64,000 bases of DNA from Nemertoderma westbladi (taxonomy: Eukaryota; Animalia; Xenacoelomorpha). The DNA lies in NCBI GenBank assembly GCA_032718475.1, contig JAUCBJ010007173.1, positions 1 to 64,000 of the forward strand, in the 5' to 3' direction. The translations under genes were made by a program, and so were the position numbers. This document shows, piece after piece, positions 11,001-23,100 of this stretch; within the stretch, counting starts at the first letter, position 1, and each line of letters starts with the position of its first letter. Under the pieces are notes generated by a model. The model worked only from the letters and a program-made list of their open reading frames with translations, did no database searches and was not told the origin of the DNA.

Positions 11001-12890
11001 AAAGTAGTCTGTTATCCGTGACCCCAAACGCATCCGAGACTCAGTGGGTACAGATAAAAACTCATTGAATTTGGAACCCGTACGAGTTGGGGGATCCGTT
11101 AGCAGACCCGCTGAAGTCGGGGAATCCGTTGGCAGACCCACTGAAGTCGGGGGATCCGTTGGCAGACCCGTAGGAGTTGGGGGATCCGTTGGCAGACCCG
11201 CTGGAGTCGGGGGATCCGTTGGCAGACCCGTTGACGTTGGGGGATCCGTTGGCAGACCCGCTGGAGTCGGGGGATCCGTTGGCAGACCCGCTGGAGTCGG
11301 GGGATCCGTTGGCGAACCCGTTGAAGTCGGGGGATCCGTTGGCAGGCCCACCGGAGTCGGGGGATCCATTGGCAGACCCGCTGAAGTCGGGGGATCCATT
11401 GGCAGACCCACTGAAGTCGGGGGATACGTTGGCAGACCCACTGGAGTCAGGGAATCCGTTGGCAGACCCGCAGGAGTCGGGGGATCCGTTGGCGAACCCG
11501 TTGAAGTCGGGGGATCCGTTGGCAGGCCCACCGGAGTCGGGGGATCCGTTGGCAGACCCGCTGAAGTCGGGGGATCCATTGGCAGACCCACTGAAGTCGG
11601 GGGATACGTTGGCAGACCCACTGGAGTCAGGGAATCCGTTGGCAAACCCGCAGGAGTCGGGGGATCCGTTGGCGAACCCGTTGAGGTCGGGGGATCCGTT
11701 GGCAGACACACCGGAGTCGGGGGATCCGTTGCCAGACCCGCTGGAGTCGGGTGATTCGTTGGCAGACCCGCTGGAGTCGGGGGATCCGTTGGCAAACCCG
11801 TTGAAGTCGGGGGATCCGTTGGCAGGCCCACCGGAGTCGGGGGATCCGTTGGCAGACCCGCTGAAGTCAGGGGATCCGTTGGCAGACCCGCTGGAGTCGG
11901 GGGATCCGTTGGCGAACCCGTTGAGGTCGGGGGATCCGTTGGCAGACCCACCGGAGTCGGGGGATCCGTTGGCAGGCCTGCTGAAGTCGGGGGATCCATT
12001 GGCAGACCCACTGAAGTCGGCGGATACGTTGGCAGACCCACTGGAAACGAGGGATCCTTTGGCAGACCCGCTGAAGTCGGGGGATCCGTTGGCAGACCCG
12101 CTGAAGTCTGGCGATCCGTTGGCAGACCCGCTGGAGTCGGGGGATCCGTTGGCAGAGCTGCTGAAGTTGGGGGATCCATTGGCAGACCAGCTGGAGTCGC
12201 GGGATCCGTTGGCAGACCCGCTGAAGTCGGGGGATCAGTTGGCGAACCCGCTGGAGTCGGGGGAACCGTTGGCAGACCCTGTGGAGTCCGGGGATCCGTT
12301 ATCGAACCCGCTATAGTCGAGGAATCCGTTGGCAGACCCGCAGAAGACGGTGAATCCATTGATAGACCCGCTGAAATCGGGTGATCCGTTGGCAGACCCT
12401 GTGGAGTCGGGGAATCCGTTGTCGAACCCGCTGTGGTCGAGGGATCCGTTGGCAGACCGGCTGGAGTCGGTGGATCCGTTGGCAGACCCGCTGATGTCGG
12501 TAGATCCGTTGGCAGACCTGCTGAAGTCGGGGGATCTGTTGGCAGACCCGGTGGAGTCAGGGAATCCGTTATCGATTCCACTGTAGTCGAGGGATCCGTT
12601 TGCAGACCCGCTGGGATCGAGGGATCCAATGGCGGACCCGCTGGAAACGGGGGATCTGTGAGCGACCCCGCGTAGGCAGTTGAAAAGGCTGCAAATTGGG
12701 GCTCCACTTCGAGATGGAAGTTGATACTGCCCGAGGCAGAATCTCGCACTATTGACGCTGATCGGGCGTGGGCGTGGGGGTTGCGACACTCCGTGATTTT
12801 ACCTGGGAGGCAGTCGATGCAACTAATGCCCCTTTTAGAACAGAGGCAGTTTTGACATGTTCCGCTACGATTGCACTTGCAGCAACGCAT
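8034..12890 (-). CDS. LINE ORF1: N-terminal Cys-rich (CXC/tesmin-like) domain, Pro/Thr repeat, Ulp1/C48-like cysteine protease, coiled coil, RRM-like domain
   Basis: First ATG at 12890 (MRCCKCNRSGTCQNCLC..C..C..CRN); protease motifs YLSDDVID, EHFVL, PKQENNFDCGVYIC; coiled coil LVSTLQVEMKS..LEEQVKQLK; RRM-like IHVNGL..KITI..IWPDG. Open for about 1618 codons. Confidence 0.85.
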   Translation of the reverse strand: MRCCKCNRSGTCQNCLCSKRGISCIDCLPGKITECRNPHAHARSASIVRDSASGSINFHLEVEPQFAAFSTAYAGSLTDPPFPAGPPLDPSIPAGLQTDPSTTVESITDSLTPPGLPTDPPTSAGLPTDLPTSAGLPTDPPTPAGLPTDPSTTAGSTTDSPTPQGLPTDHPISAGLSMDSPSSAGLPTDSSTIAGSITDPRTPQGLPTVPPTPAGSPTDPPTSAGLPTDPATPAGLPMDPPTSAALPTDPPTPAGLPTDRQTSAGLPTDPPTSAGLPKDPSFPVGLPTYPPTSVGLPMDPPTSAGLPTDPPTPVGLPTDPPTSTGSPTDPPTPAGLPTDPLTSAGLPTDPPTPVGLPTDPPTSTGLPTDPPTPAGLPTNHPTPAGLATDPPTPVCLPTDPPTSTGSPTDPPTPAGLPTDSLTPVGLPTYPPTSVGLPMDPPTSAGLPTDPPTPVGLPTDPPTSTGSPTDPPTPAGLPTDSLTPVGLPTYPPTSVGLPMDPPTSAGLPMDPPTPVGLPTDPPTSTGSPTDPPTPAGLPTDPPTPAGLPTDPPTSTGLPTDPPTPAGLPTDPPTPTGLPTDPPTSVGLPTDSPTSAGLLTDPPTRTGSKFNEFLSVPTESRMRLGSRITDYFKAGVRVNHNHTIPIILETPGKCTPTICECNTLASMNKSVEEVDDLHNDASSDCYEVYPDDSQTYTPTELKTNVGQFIADMNSKPPNYPVPIHSHLHELTSIEYLSDDVIDCFLGLVSKQFPHVATVLTHVTYNLRRANHDITSQVKYVAKRYLAPHAKRRPETLFFPECIDEHFVLHVANCKSSTICTVNPLGDTMPTKTTFAIADLLNLIDSVANPSRSKWLVNICNFNYPKQENNFDCGVYICLYALAITHALPTISSIHSESEDARLWLYNCLDKYKLVHHDQVTYDPSYSPWDIAAPNTDFNVGIEKDTDIISDRYGKVETLHGDNLINFLSQKTDPHDFVKALRSSKMLQNPKDDLISTLKQLGFDILSKLQKKLFKAILETIIGDNKSIKCTCINRKSIDEVAADVAEFAIVLEEKALTSVFKKRINISSTEAFGLFELINLVSTLQVEMKSMATQCSSYTSRIKSLEEQVKQLKISDVNNPKRENVIDNQNKANTMKPKKTNKLSNVGQEFVNNQEQNTANTSSETSNPFNIGRAAKQQKKKNKEKCNVSKKYHKQQGLTSDSCDEICLSDSQCSSDAELNNQSVKDNASVKNPQNLKDVLLCKEVWKEASEKKCNKKQRAQPLVPPTETQNSFDALDDMKMVGKLIKDQTSMIQSLLQSNNSKNNNNKDNNNAGNRNKTVATGKSGMNDKLVTIHVNGLQPDSSSISISQFCFKQTGHRPVNVWVTGYRGRTKAAKITIESSHKDIFTQDNIWPDGSHITRVEDSSTSTGYHPNYKNRSRDHYNNPPPQPREDSIYRDWDTYNQRANTNDTNDVMTPYDVAQYSIGLNNTRYFNTGYRQDRSNRKPLVNPGSVTKIKGASGQSYIDHPRNTRVIPGIGCQYHKSSLNPALAQAGLAMERNRAPGHKYTNYTQNTGVIPDFRGQHQYDFPYPKCTHDVSGNWSSPIYYSQHSGQSQNIGDRDFRSYKRSPYPIHPQRQQRF
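11085..12660. repeat. 30-bp coding minisatellite (about 52 units, PTDPPTxAGL) inside LINE ORF1
   Basis: Unit gggatccgttggcagacccgctg(g/a)agtcgg; 180-bp higher-order duplication 11281-11460 / 11461-11640. Confidence 0.95.
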
Positions 12891-13000
12891 TGATCGAAAA
12901 TTTCGGTGAATATTTCTATTCCTACTGCCAGACTGCAGTACTGTCCTTGCCTTGTGTATGCCTTGCTGTGCCACTTGCTGTATGTCAGACCTCAGCTAGC

Positions 13001-13770
13001 ATGTTGCCAAAACTGTCTCTCCCAAACTTCTCGGGAGACCCATCAGACTGGCATCAGTTTCATGACCAGTTTACTTGCTTTATTCGACTCTGGCAATTCA
13101 AACATCCTGGCTGCTGCGAAGTTCGTTCAACTACGCTACTCTCTTCAGGGTCCTGCCCTTGCAGCTGTACAGGGATACCATCAAGTGCGGGAGTGGTGTC
13201 TATGCAGCAGCCACCAAGGAACTTGTCAGCCAATTCGGCCATCCGAACATCTTTATTGCCCTCTACAGTCAGCGTCTCGTCAACACACCTACAGTCTCGG
13301 GTGATGATCTGGACCAACTCCGCGCCTTAGTCAGCAGCTCTACAGTATGCATCGTCCATTCGGGAGATGCAGTCGCTCTTCGAGGGAATCGAGACTCATG
13401 GACTCAATGGAGAAACGGCCCCCTGCTGCCCTGTGGCTTCTCTACCAAACTCGCTTCCACAAAATCTCAAGGGATATCAACTCGCTGACCATTGACCTGA
13501 CCTCGCTGACCCTGACCCTTCGGCTCATTGACCCACCAACTTCCTCCTTGGCGCCGACCTCCACCCGAAGACTTCTTCCTGGGATACAGGTTGAGGATGG
13601 TGTGTTGGCCCCTTCCGGGTCCACACATAAGGCCTGGAATAGCTATGGAAATTAGTCACCTTGGACATCAAATCGGACTTCAAAAACCCATTTATCTCCC
13701 CGCTCTCATGCATCTCCTTGTTGGACAATCACTACGAGATTGGGATGTCCTGGATCGATGATCATAGGCC
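13001..13770 (+). mobile_element. degenerate BEL/Pao gag(-pol) remnant
   Basis: Frameshifted DUF1759-like gag: LPKLSLPNFSGDPSDWHQFHDQF, KFVQLRYSLQGPA, ELVSQFGHP; downstream HYEIGMSW resembles the BEL YEVxLPW motif. Confidence 0.75.
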
Positions 13771-15639
13771 AGCCATCAACTACTGTACAACCGGGTTCCC
13801 CAACGCAGACTGGGCAGGCCAGCCAACAACTACAACCGGGTTCCCCCACGCAGCGACTGAGCCCCAATCACCTGGAACAGCTGGAGTCACTGTGGTACCT
13901 CGAATGACTCTCACATAGTCTCCCCAATGCTTACTACAGTACAGTACCTCCCGCACCATGCTGTGGTTCGGTCACCATACTACACTGTGACTGTCTTTAA
14001 TGGACCGACTTTTGACTTTTTTCCCAGTGCAATTATATAATTATCCCCATACTGTCCCTCCCAGGTGCTACAGTATAGTCATAGACTACGCGGGACCGGA
14101 CCAGGTTTTCGGGAGACCCAATTTGCGATTCATTAAACATTATCCCATTTCGTTATTATTGAGTATTCCATTTGTTGAAATATTGTCACGCATATACAGT
14201 ACCAGATAACATGCTGCGTCTTTCTGCGGAAGGTGATCAATCTGTTGTTCTCTAGTCTCCTGCTAGAGGGCGCAATGACTGAAAGTGAAAATTTTTCTTT
14301 GATTTTAATCTGCTTCAAATGAAACTTGGTTTTTGTATTAGACAACATGCTGCATCTATGTGATTATGTAGAACCATCTGTAATTCTCCCGTCTGCCGCT
14401 AGAGGGTGAAATATGTCTAAAAGTAATTTGATTAATAGGTTGTCTTTAAACTCATTGATACTTATACCACTTTTAACAAATTTTAAGCGTATATATTTTA
14501 GTTAAAATTAAATTTTATGTACTTAGTCCTAAGCGCTTTAACTATATTATTATTATATTATTATATTTATAATCCTTTAAAAGGTTGACCTTTGTGTGAT
14601 ATGTAATGTTTAATACATATAGCCAGCAAGCTGGCTATAAGACAATAGTAGCGTAGTTGGGTCCCTCTCAATTGAACAGCTTTGCTTACAGCCTGAGAGA
14701 GAGAGATTCCAGCCCCTAAATGTCATTGTTACTAAGCTATAAAACATTTGAACGGCCCAGTGCTTATAATTCAATCAGCTGGCCTGCCAGCTAGCATAGC
14801 ACATTGAGTTATCTTGTAGATATTCCCATAGGATTCACTGGGAAGAGCCAGTCAGCTGGCGGGGAAATACATAAAAAAACTAACATTGATGTTTGCGGGT
14901 ATAACTTTTCGCCGTATCCGTATGCACATACGTGTATGTGCGTATGTAATGGATTACCATGGAGAATAATCCGTATGTTATTTTAGAGATTAGGCATTGC
15001 GGACCAGTAAGAAGTGCACAGCTGTGACGGGATCATATATCCCGACTGGGTTAGATATGTACGCGTCACTGTTTCGCTGGAGCTGCTGTACTATAGTCGT
15101 TTTGGCCTAAGGCCGTCGGGGAAATAAGAGAGTTTGTGTTTCTCAATATTAATCTTCCGAAATGATAATAGCACAGAACTATGTATGTAATGAATATCAC
15201 GATACAAAATAACAGCAGAAAATACACAGATATTAATTGGTTATGTTGGTAGCGGTGACGGTCATAAACTATGACTGGTCTGCAACTCTGTGATTAATGA
15301 ACTGACCGGTAAATCAGTAATACATAATAATATATGATTGATACACACAGATTTTGGTTTTACCTCTTACTGTACTTGGCCTTCTGTACACAGTGGATGC
15401 TTTCCTATCTCTGATCACATGCTTCCCTCCCTACTATTGGCTAATATACTAATTGTCACTTTGGCACTCCCTGTGAGTGTTTCCCCCCGCTGCTAGCCTC
15501 TACTACCTGTGTTCTCCCTCCGAGGTGGTTTGACCTCTCACCTCTCTCTGTGGCTTTAGGGCTTGTGTCGCCCCCCCCCCCCCCCCAAAGTTGGTTATGA
15601 GGCGAGATTATTATTGTTAATCTCGTATCCACAACTACA

Positions 15640-16513
15640 CTGATAAAATGCCCCGAAGTATTGGATTCGTATTTTGAATCTCCCTAACTACCGTCTCGTT
15701 AAGAAGGCCTATCTTCTCCAACTTCATGACTGCTTGGTTTTCAGTTCAGTTAACTGGTGTTCGGGACCTTCTAGGATCCTTAGGCTTGCGGGGAATTTGG
15801 GACAACCAGTACGTAGAACACCAAACCCTATTCTTAGCAGAGCTCAGGACATGACTCCAAGATAATTATATCCAACAGTGGTGGTCACTAGTGAGTTCTT
15901 CTCCCAACTCGCTGCTCTACATTAAGTATTTGTTCCAGGAGGAATCCTACCTGAATGTTCTACACAGGTACCCCAGACTCTGTCGGGTGCTTGCGAGATT
16001 CCGTACATCATCTCACACCCTAATGATCGAGCAAGGTAGATGGAATAGCACACCCTGTCTTGCCCTGTCTGTATGTCTGCGGTTATTGAGGATGAATATC
16101 ACTTTTTGCTAAAATGCCCAGTCTATCAGGATCTCAGAGTAATTCATTTGTCTGCTCGTTACCACAGAAACCCCACATTAAATAAATATAAAGACTTAGT
16201 AGGCTCAAACTCTATCGAAAAAATCAAATGTCTGGCAATTTTTTTGGCAAAGGCGTCCCAACGGCGCGATAAAATTTTACAACCACATTAGACGCGGTTT
16301 CGGGTAACTTGTTCAGTTGTTATATTTATGTGTTCATGTTCTATGTACATTACTTTATAAATTACAATACGTGCATATCTTTACCGTACTGCTGACACTG
16401 GTTTACCGGTCTTACATTCTTTAGTATTTTCTTCAGTTTGTTTACTTATAAAATCTAACAATAATGGCTCCATTTGAGCATTTTGTAGTAATAAACAGAA
16501 ATTGAATTGAATT
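15640..16513 (+). mobile_element. 5'-truncated LINE 3' fragment
   Basis: Broken ORF2 C-terminus (LARFRTSSHTLMIEQGRW, IEDEYHFLLKCPVY), then aataaa and an (attga)n tail at about 16490-16513. Confidence 0.8.
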
Positions 16514-16679
16514 ATTCTAAGGTGGATAATGTAATGGAATTGAATCCGCTTACACTCCCCCCATGCTATCTTCCAGGTGAGAAGATAGCATCAACCTTAA
16601 GTGCGCTTCAATTCCGCTGGAACCCAATCTAATATCGGGTGTGGGGTGGAGTTCTTTTCTCAGGGTCAGCTTTCCTGAC

Positions 16680-19600
16680 CGGCCCCCCTGGGTATGTTAT
16701 TACTACCCCTCCTTGGTGCAATCGTGAGCTATGTTGCACCAAGGCATCTGGTGTCTCTGTATGAGACAATTGTGCTCTCTCTTCACACAATTCTTCGCAA
16801 CCTCACTCTAATCTTCTTCGCGGACCTCTCTGTCCCTTACTCTCTCTCTCACGCACCTCGTTGTCCCTTATTCTCTCTCTCACGGACCTCGTTGTCCCTT
16901 ATTCTCTCTCTCATGGACCTCATTGTCCCTTATTCTCTCTCTCACGGACCTCGTTGTCCCTTATTCTCTCTCCAGTCCCTTGGGACTCTTCCTCTCTCTC
17001 TGCTCGCTCCCCACACTGGAATTGCACTCCTTTCACTCCCTCACGTGTCAACACCTCTTCTCCATACTTCCCCAGATTCCCCATTTTCGTTTTCATTCTC
17101 CATACCCTTATTGGGTCCCATGCATGTGCGCATCATGTTAGTGGGATCCGTCTAAGTCTCGTTCTGCCGTTCTAGTCAATTAGTGCCCTAAATTTATTTT
17201 ATTTTTTTTTGTTCCCCCCTGTCTGTGCTATTATCATATCTACCTTCCTACTTACTTACATGGCGCCCTCAGTGCCCACAACTTCTAACTCTTATGGTAC
17301 TACGTATCCTACTACTACCCCTATGGTATACCTATATACCATACTCTACTCTCTTACTATGTGGTGCTCTCAATGCCTACAACTTCTAACTCTTATGGTA
17401 CTATGTACCCTACTACTGCTACTATGGTATACCTATATACAATACCCTCTTCTCTCTTACTACGTGGCGCTCTTCGTGCCCACAACTTCTAACTCTTATG
17501 GTACTATGTACCCTGCTACTACTCTCATGGTATGTCTATATACCACACTCCCTATTCTCTAACTTCTAACTCTTACGGTACTATGTACCCTGCTATTGTT
17601 CTCATGGTATGTCTATATACCACACTCCCTATTCTCTAACTTCTAACTCTTACGGTACTATGTACCCTGCTACTATTCTCATGGTATGTTAATATACCAC
17701 ACTCCCTACTACTACTACTTAGTGCTACGTACTATCTACTACTATTACTTTCTCTATCTCACTTCTTGTTTTATTATTTGCTTATTATTTATTTTTTATA
17801 TTTTTTTTGTGAGTGGGAAGGGCGTCTCGCCCTCATTCCCACCCCCCTCAGTCCAACATATTGGATGACTAAACTCTAAGGTGACCCTTCCAATAGGCAA
17901 CACTTTCCCACAGCCCTCATGTAGGTCTTCCTATCTTTGGCCCCTATCTTCCCTCCTATCCTCACTTCCACCGACCGGACTCTTCCATCCTCGTCGGGGT
18001 AAGTATCTACCACTCTTGCTAGTCTCCATTTGTTATTGATAATTGTGTTGTCAGTGACGATTACCAAGTCACCCTTCTTCCACTCTCTATTGGTATTTCT
18101 CCACTTACTCCTCCTATGCAATGTCGGAAGATACTCCTCTACCCATCTTCTCCAATACTCCGCACTTATTGCCTTGGCAACTTTCCAGCTTTGACGGGAA
18201 TGTATGTCATCTTTGTCTACATCCCACATGTCGATCGTCGCCGGCCTCTCCATTAGTAAGTGTCCTGGTATTAGCACGTCCAGTGATTCCGGGTCGTCAT
18301 TCTCTGGGTATAGCGGTCTGCTATTAATGATTCCCTCGCACTTGGCTAACACTGTTCTTAGTACGTCCTTGGTCACCATGTGGTTGTTCATCAGCTTGGT
18401 CATTAAATGCTTGGAACTTCCGACAAGCCTCTCTACATACCCTAATGTATGTGGCGCGTACGGCATTCTCCTTTCCCACTTTACTCTATGTTTTCTCATA
18501 GCCGCCCTGACATCGTCTCCCTCTAGGATGTCGAAGGCCTCGGCCAACTCGTTCTCTGCTCCCACGAAGTTGGTCCCGTTATCTGAATATATCACCCTCA
18601 GCGTCCCCCCTCTGCGGCTTAAAACCTTTCCAAGGCATTGATAAATGCCGATGCCGTAGCATCCTGCGCAAGTTCTATTCCCACCGCTCTTGTGTTGTTG
18701 CAGACGAAGATAATGCCGTAGCGTTTCTCCGTGTGCCACATCACCTTTATCTTAATCGGCCCGAACATATCCACGCCGCAGTGTGTGAATGGCGCGTCGT
18801 GATGTCTCACTCTGTTGGCCGGTAATGGCGCCATCTCCTGCACGGCCCTCTCCTTTCTCGTCCGTCGGCAGGTCTGGCACTGCCCCACTACTTCTTCACC
18901 TTCTTCCTAAGTTGGGTGATCCAGAACATCCTTCGTATCTCCGTGAGGGTCTGATTCGTGTCTCCTTGTAGTATCGATTTATGCGAGTCCCATATGATCT
19001 GGTGGACTATTGGTGATTTATTGGGGATTATTATGGGTTTCGGTGGGATAACTAAGCTGTTGTTGTTCACCACCCTGGAATTCATCACCAGAATCCCGTC
19101 GTCATTCAACTACAGGGACAGCGTGTTGAGTTCGCTGTCTCAACAAAGGTGTTGTTGCTTGCTGACTCTGTTCACTTCGTTGGCGTACCCCTTTCTTTGC
19201 TCGTATCGTATTATGGCTTTAGCCGCTCCTTCCAGATCGATGGTTGGTGTCCTTTTGGTATCCTTGCCAACTCCCCTGAGGAAATCCCCATAGGCCCTCC
19301 AATACGCTACCAACTTCTGAGTCTTATACCAGCTGGGGCTGTAACTGAGCAACCTGTCCGTCGGATTATCACATGGTTCCTCTGATTTTGGTGGCACTTC
19401 CTTGATCTCCCGCACCAACTGGCTGTATATCTCTTCCCCTTCTGAATCTTCCCCCTCCTCTTCTGCTACTACTTCCTCTGTGCCTGGGTCCACCTTCCTC
19501 ATTGGTGGCCAGGCCGATCTATTGCTAAGGAAGTGTGGCCCTTGCTGCCACAACTCTTCCTTCTTCGAGAAAGTGCGGCGTACTACTCCCCTCGATAACA

Positions 19601-20180
19601 GATCTGTTGGATTGTCGTCGGTAGGGCAGAAATGCCACCTTTCTAGGTCAGTCGTTGCCCTTATCTCGTCTATCCTGTTCGCGACAAATATGGGGTATCT
19701 TGTCTTCTCGTTATATAGCCACCCTAACACTACCATGGAGTCCGTCCAGTAGTGTGTCTTCACTATGTTGGGTATAGTGTCCATCAAGTAAGCTGTGGCC
19801 CTTACTCCTAACCTCGCAGCTGTCAGCTCGAGTTTCGTCATTGACACTGAATCTGGTGGCGTCGACTTCGCTTTACTAAATGCAAGTCTGGGCTTATGAG
19901 CCCCCTTTCGCTGTACCAATTAAAGTGCCGCTCCATATGCTTCCAAGGATGCATCGGAAAACATGTGTAGATCCAAGTCCGTCATGTCTCCGTCCGGGAA
20001 ATACACGCGTGGCATGCTGTACATCCCTATCTCCTCTAGACTCCCCGTCCACTTACTCCACTGTTTACTTATTTCTTCCGGGACCTCCGTATCCCACTCA
20101 TCCTTCAACTTGTATACTTTCTTTAGTATTTGCTTCCCCGTGACTAACAATGGGGATGCCAGGCCTAGGGGATCAATGTG
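16680..20180 (-). mobile_element. BEL/Pao LTR retrotransposon remnant: RNase H, integrase, DUF5641-like tail and repetitive 3' UTR
   Basis: DPLGLASP, FSDASLEAYG, TKLELTAA, WTDSMVVL, NPTDLLSRG, CGVDMFGP, SDNGTNFVGA, WRRWVEEYLPTL, WRLARV; several stops and frameshifts; purine tract near 16682-16690; tandem repeats at 16820-16970 and 17270-17700. Confidence 0.9.
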
Positions 20181-23100
20181 TTAGAGAATATAGTCATTTC
20201 AGTTTTTTTAGGTTTAGTGATAGACGATTATCAATCAGCCAATCAGCTACTTTCGATAATTCTGAGTTAGTGATGTTGGCTAAGTGTGTTATGTCTGGAG
20301 CTGATTGGCTGAGAGTAGTGTCATCAGCAAACAAGGTAGTTAGTAGAGTTGTAGCGTTAGGTAAGTCGTTTATGTAGATTAGAAAGAGAAATGGTGACAG
20401 AGTGCCACCCTGTGGTAGACCACATAATAAGGGTAGAAGAGAGGAGTAATTAGAATCTACAGAGACGAACTGAAATCGATTTGATAGGAAGCTGGAGATT
20501 AGTTGTAGCGGAGTTCCGCGTACGCCATAGCTCTCAAGCTTCGATAATAGTATTTTATGGTTGATGGTGTCAAACGCCTTTTTTAGGTCAATATATATTG
20601 TGCAAGTAGTGTTTTTAATATCTAATTTTAATAATATGATTAATTTTTTCTGTTACTGTTAGGAGCGCGTGTGAAGTGGATGTTTTTGACCGGAAACCAA
20701 ATTGCGAATCAGATAAAATGCAGTATTGTGAGAAATAAGACAATAATTGTGAGTTAATAATTTGTTCATATAATTTTGAGAGTATGGGAAGTAAAGAAAT
20801 GGGTCGGTAATTATTAGGATCTGCAGGGTTTTCGGTTTTATATGAGGGAATAACTTTGGCTATTTTAAGGGAATTAGGAAAAAACCTCTTCTGATGGAGA
20901 GGTTTATTAAATTGCTGATGTGTATGGATAAAGATTTAGCTGCCATTTGTTGAAGTTTGGAGGGGAATGGATCATTGGATGATGATTTGCAGTTAATATT
21001 TAGAAGTAAGTATTCTACCTCCACGGGCGTTGTTTCTATTAGCGAAACTGAATTAGGGTGAATATTAGATCGAGAGATATGGCACATCGGAGAGCGTGTA
21101 GACTTCGGTATTGTACTATCTAGTTTAGGTCCAATAGTAGCGAAGTGTTCGTTTAGTATGTTAGCTATTTCAGTAGGGTCCTTCGTAGTATCGGTATTGT
21201 ACTATCTAGTTTAGGTCCAATAGTAGCGAAGTGTTCGTTTAGTATGTTAGCTATTTCAGTAGGGTCCTTCGTAGTATTTAGTTTGTCTCCACAGCGAGTA
21301 GTTATTTGTTTTGGGATGGACAGTTTTTTTAGATTTGTTTAATGCAGAATTTATTATTACCCCTATTGTGACTGCAGAGATCAGACTCAGTTTGAAAGCC
21401 AGCAAACCCAGGACAAGCAAGCAAATCAAATATGACTGGGAGAAACTCAGAACTGACAATGCTGTAAAGGATGCTTATACAGTAGAAGTTCAAAACCGCT
21501 TTGAAGCACTTCAGTCAATGGATGAAGACCAATCCACCGATTCAATATACCAGAATATAATAACAGCCCACAAGGAATCAGCTAAGAGGCATATCCCCCA
21601 GAAACCTAAACGAAAACAGTATGTGCCATGGCTAAACTCTGAGGTTACTTGTAAGAGAGAAGATCTTAAGATAGCCTACAAAGTTAAAACCGAACAACCA
21701 ACAACCGAAAACATTAACAAGGTTGAGAAAGCTAAGGACAATCTTAAATTGGCCAGGAAAAGTACATACAGGATAAAATTGAAGCAATTACAACTGCTCA
21801 CATACAGCAACAATCAAGACTTACCTGGCAAACTGTAAATGAGGTATCTGGTCGGAAAAGTTGTGCAAAGGGGCGCCTCAAAGCCGATAGTCCTGAAGAA
21901 CGTGTTGGGAAGTGGAAAAATCACTTCAGCAACTTGCTTGGGCAGCCACCAAACATCGAGGTCAGCCCTACAAGGAAAATATATGACAAGACACTACCTA
22001 TAGAAACAGGGGACTTCACACCTGCCGAACTCCATCAAAGCATTAAAAGCATGTCCAATAATAAAGCGAGTGGATTAGATGAAATCCCAGCAGAGGTATG
22101 GAAAACCGGAGTGCTAAATAGACCATTATTGAATGTTTGCAACCGGATGTTAAAAGGGGAAAAGCCACCACCAATTTGGACTAAAGGTCAACTAAAGCCT
22201 CTCCCCAAGAAAGGAGACCTCGGCATTCCAACAAACTATCGTGGGATCTGTCTGCTTGTGGTAGCTGCCAAAATATACAATAAAATGATTCTATATAGGA
22301 TTAGGCCTCACATAGAGAAACTACTGCGTAAGAGCCAAAACGGATTTCGACCAAGTAGATCAACAATAGCTCAGATACTTGCACTACGGAGACTGATTGA
22401 AGGAATTAAGTCAAAGAATCTCCCCGCAGTCATGACTTTTGTGGACTTCAAGAAGGCATTCGACTCCATCCATAGAGGTAAAATGCTTGAAATCCTAAGA
22501 GCTTATGGAATACCAGAAGTAATTGTTGCTGGCATTGGATTGTTATATTGTGACACAGAAGCGCAGGTACTCTCACCAGATGGTGAAACTGAGTTTTTCT
22601 CAATCCTGGCTGGCGTACTGCAAGGTGACACATTAGCACCATTACTATTTGTAATTGTGCTGGATTACGCAATGAGGACGGCCACAAAGGGTGAAGATCT
22701 GGGATTCACACTTCAAGAACGCAGAAGTAGTAGATATCCGGCAACTACAGTCACAGACACCGACTTTGCGGATGACATCGCCCTGCTCTCTAATACGCTA
22801 GCAGATGCACAGCTTCTACTAAATAAAGTGGAGAGGGCTGCTGAGGAGGTTGGATTGCATATAAATGCTACCAAGACCGAATTCATGACCTTTAATGTTG
22901 ATGGAAACTTGACAACCATTGATAATAATCAACTAAGGAAGGTCGATGACTTCCAGTACCTTTGATCATGGATAGAGAGTAGCAAAAAGGACATAGAAGT
23001 TAGGAAAGCAAAGGCTTGGGTAGCTCTATCAAAAATGGATACCATCTGGAAATCAGATCTCTCCAGGCACCTGAAGACTAAGTTCTTTCGAGCCACAGTG

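Larger units (their letters stand above)
4641..12950 (-). mobile_element. near full-length APE-type non-LTR retrotransposon (LINE; RTEX- or CR1/L2-group-like); 5' boundary approximate
   Basis: ORF1 and ORF2 (APE+RT) in tandem on the minus strand, AT-rich 3' UTR, 3' stem-loop ccggggccatcccgg immediately before an A13 tail (T run at 4641-4653). Confidence 0.9.

Noticed and set aside
11044-12789. Overlapping alternative-frame and antisense ORFs over the 30-bp repeat
   Set aside because: By-products of a stop-poor 30-bp unit; only the ORF1 frame extends into unique domains.
12940-12965. TSD for the large LINE (cttgccttgtgtatg vs cttggcttgtttatg near 4620-4633)
   Set aside because: Only 13 of 15 match, in low-complexity sequence, and it does not abut the poly(A); too weak for an element with an intact ORF1.
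14255-14410. CTCF-like motifs (ctgctagagggcgc, ccgctagagggtg; also about 56563)
   Set aside because: Short matches that commonly occur in repeats; no evidence of function from sequence alone.
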